The notes beneath the pieces were generated by a model. It worked only from the letters and a program-made list of their open reading frames with translations. It was not told the origin of the DNA and ran no database searches. From the NCBI GenBank assembly GCA_965207445.1, contig CBDBLX010000002.1, positions 1,431,849-1,495,848 of the forward strand: 64,000 bases of DNA. Reading direction: 5' to 3'. The number at the start of each line of letters is the position of its first letter. Position 1 is the first letter of the stretch. Shown here piece after piece: positions 60,801 to 64,000 of this stretch. This DNA comes from Nitrosopumilus sp. Lineage in GTDB: Archaea > Thermoproteota > Nitrososphaeria > Nitrososphaerales > Nitrosopumilaceae. Position numbers and translations under genes: made by a program.

Positions 60801-63800
60801 TCAGATAACATAGGTACTGCTCTCCAAATGGTGACGTCACAGACACCACCCCGCCTACTATCACCCTGACTGGGTCGGCTTCTGTCACCGTGACGCTGGG
60901 CGGCACATATGAAGAAGAGGGGGCAGTCTGCTCTGATATTGTGGATGCTGACAAGCCAGCCACTGTAGGGGGCGACACAGTTAACACTGACTCGACTGGT
61001 CAATATACACCATACAGTATACCTGCACAGATACAGCAGGTAATGAGGCCACACCTGTAGATCGTACCGTGACCGTCCATGATCCGACAGCTCCGTCTGT
61101 TGTTATAGACAACGTAACAATGGAAGCAACAGGTGCCACAACTAGTGTCAATATTGGCTATCCAGAGATAACTGATGCATCAGGTGGCCCATATATCGTA
61201 ACACATAACGCAACTGGAAATGTACAGACCACATCAGGTGCTAGTAATGTGACCGTATCACTTGGTGTTGGTAGGATTATAGTGCAGTGGAGCGTCACGG
61301 ATCCCTCAGATAACATAGGTACTGCTCTCCAAATGGTGGACGTCACAGACACCACCCCGCCTACTATCACCCTGACTGGGTCGGCTTCTGTCACCGTGAC
61401 GCTGGGCGACACATATGAAGAAGAGGGGGCAGTCTGCTCTGATATTGTGGATGCTGACAAGCCAGCCACTGTAGGGGGCGACACAGTTAACACTGACTCG
61501 ACGGGTCAATACACATACAGTATACCTGCACAGATACAGCAGGTAATGAGGCCACACCTGTAGATCGTACCGTGACCGTCCATGATCCGACAGCTCCGTC
61601 TGTTGTTATAGACAACGTAACAATGGAAGCAACAGGTGCCACAACTAGTGTCAATATTGGCTATCCAGAGATAACTGATGCATCAGGTGGCCCATATATC
61701 GTAACACACAACGCAACTGGAAATGTACAGACCACATCAGGTGCTAGTAATGTGACCGTATCACTTGGTGTTGGTAGGATTATAGTGCAGTGGAGCGTCA
61801 CGGATCCCTCAGATAACATAGGTACTGCTCTCCAAATGGTGGACGTCACAGACACCACCCCGCCTACTATCACCCTGACTGGGTCGGCTTCTGTCACCGT
61901 GACGCTGGGCGGCACATATGAAGAAGAGGGAGCAGTCTGCTCTGATATTGTGGATGCTGACAAGTCAGCCACTGTAGGGGGCGACACAGTTAACACTGAC
62001 TCGACGGGTCAATACACTATACAGTATACCTGCACAGATACAGCAGGTAATGAGGCCACACCTGTAGATCGTACCGTGACCGTCCATGATCCGACAGCTC
62101 CGTCTATTTCCATCAACGACGTAACAATGGAAGCAACAGGTGCCACAACTAGTGTCAACATTGGCTATCCAGAGATAACTGATGCATCAGGTGGCCCATA
62201 TATCGTAACACACAACGCAACTGGAAATGTACAGACCACACCAGATACTAGTAATGTGACCGTATCACTTGGTGTGGGTATGATTATAGTGCAGTGGAGC
62301 GTCACGGATCCCTCAGATAACATAGGTACTGCGCTCCAAATGGTGGACGTCACAGACACCACCCCGCCTACTATCACCCTGACTGGGTCGGCTTCTGTCA
62401 CCGTGACGCTGGGCGGCACATATGAGGAACAAGGAGCCGTCTGCTCTGATATTGTGGATGCTGACAAGTCAGCCACTGTAGGGGGCGACACAGTTAACAC
62501 TGACTCGACGGGTCAATACACCATACAGTACACCTGCACAGATACAGCAGGTAATGAGGCCACACCTGTAGATCGTACCGTGACCGTCCATGATCCGACA
62601 GCTCCGTCTATTTCCATCAACGACGTAACAATGGAAGCAACAGGTGCCACAACTAGTGTCAACATTGGCTATCCAGAGATAACTGATGCATCAGGTGGCC
62701 CATATATCGTAACACACAACGCAACTGGAAATGTACAGACCACACCAGATACTAGTAATGTGACCGTATCACTTGGTGTGGGTATGATTATAGTGCAGTG
62801 GAACGTCACGGATCCCTCAGATAACATAGGTACTGCTCTCCAAATGGTGGACGTCACAGACACCACCCCGCCATCTGTTGTTATAGACAACATAACAATG
62901 GAAGCAACAGGTGCCACAACTAGTGTCAACATTGGCTATCCAGAGATAACTGATGCATCAGGTGGCCCATATATCGTAACACACAACGCAACTGGAAATG
63001 TACAGACCACACCAGATACTAGTAATGTGACCGTATCACTTGGTGTGGGTATGATTATAGTGCAGTGGAGCGTCACGGATCCCTCAGATAACATAGGTAC
63101 TGCGCTCCAAATGGTGGACGTCACAGACACCACCCCGCCTACTATCACCCTGACTGGGTCGGCTTCTGTCACCGTGACGCTGGGCGGCACATATGAAGAA
63201 GAGGGGGCAGTCTGCTCTGATATTGTGGATGCTGACAAGTCAGCCACTGTAGGGGGCGACACAGTTAACACTGACTCGACGGGTCAATACACTATACAGT
63301 ATACCTGCACAGATACAGCAGGTAACGAGGCCACACCTGTAGATCGTACCGTGACCGTCCATGATCCGACAGCTCCGTCTATTTCCATCAACGACGTAAC
63401 AATGGAAGCAACAGGTGCCACAACTAGTGTCAACATTGGCTATCCAGAGATAACTGATGCATCAGGTGGCCCATATATCGTAACACACAACGCAACTGGA
63501 AATGTACAGACCACACCAGATACTAGTAATGTGACCGTATCACTTGGTGTGGGTATGATTATAGTGCAGTGGAGCGTCACGGATCCCTCAGATAACATAG
63601 GTACTGCGCTCCAAATGGTGGACGTCACAGACACCACCCCGCCTACTATCACCCTGACTGGGTCGGCTTCTGTCACCGTGACGCTGGGCGGCACATATGA
63701 GGAACAAGGAGCCGTCTGCTCTGATATTGTGGATGCTGACAAGTCAGCCACTGTAGGGGGCGACACAGTTAACACTGACTCGACGGGTCAATACACCATA

Positions 63801-64000
63801 CAGTACACCTGCACAGATACAGCAGGTAATGAGGCCACACCTGTAGATCGTACCGTGACCGTCCATGATCCGACAGCTCCGTCTATTTCCATCAACGACG
63901 TAACAATGGAAGCAACAGGTGCCACAACTAGTGTCAACATTGGCTATCCAGAGATAACTGATGCATCAGGTGGCCCATATATCGTAACACACAACGCAAC
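45818..64000 (+). CDS. Giant surface/adhesin protein: signal/TM, FG-GAP repeats, Ig-like, FN3, NHL, then HYR-like and DUF5011-like Ig repeats; frameshifted, runs off the window
   Basis: 1919-aa first ORF with ~14 GDxxGDGxPDIAVGA units, FN3 (YQFRVNATN) x4 and NHL (GIAINGTGHVYVTD...RVQIFD) x5-6; continues through ORFs at 51498, 52304, 53073, 53758, 57318, 61069 and an open frame to the window end. Confidence 0.9.
51165..64000 (+). repeat. Tandem array of 267-bp (A) and 237-bp (B) coding modules
   Basis: About 31 A and 20 B units arranged as AB and AAB blocks (504- and 771-bp periods), near-identical at DNA level. Confidence 0.95.

Noticed and set aside
51241..63775. Many repeated minus-strand ORFs
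   Set aside because: Antisense shadows of the + strand coding repeats.

Overview
AT-rich archaeal chromosome segment from an ammonia-oxidising Thaumarchaeote (Nitrosopumilaceae-like). Support: a thaumarchaeal-type 16S-23S operon with no spacer tRNA, plus cdvA, fen, hemL, acs, msrA and DUF3179/DUF6659-type genes. Many pseudogenised IS elements, MITEs, simple-repeat expansions inside core genes and a giant repeat protein suggest a host-associated (e.g. sponge) symbiont; this is inference. Layout: (1) 1-6.4 kb, a VirB4-like ATPase cluster with pilin-like, RHH and SSB-like genes. (2) 6.7-15.8 kb, decayed IS66-like and ISH3-like elements, a KID-repeat protein, and GC-rich inserts carrying an intact M.EcoRV-like methylase with a truncated EcoRV-like endonuclease around a phaR/phaP-like pair. 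(3) 16-44 kb, core genes, rRNAs and tRNA-Ser interspersed with MITEs. (4) 44.9-45.8 kb, an unannotated ~900-nt region with a TATA box, an end-closing helix and many nested G·U-containing helices; this candidate large structured ncRNA is the top finding. (5) 45.8 kb to the window end, a >18-kb surface-protein gene (FG-GAP, FN3, NHL, then ~51 near-identical Ig-like repeats) broken by frameshifts that may be assembly errors. All family calls come from motif recognition by eye; no searches were run.
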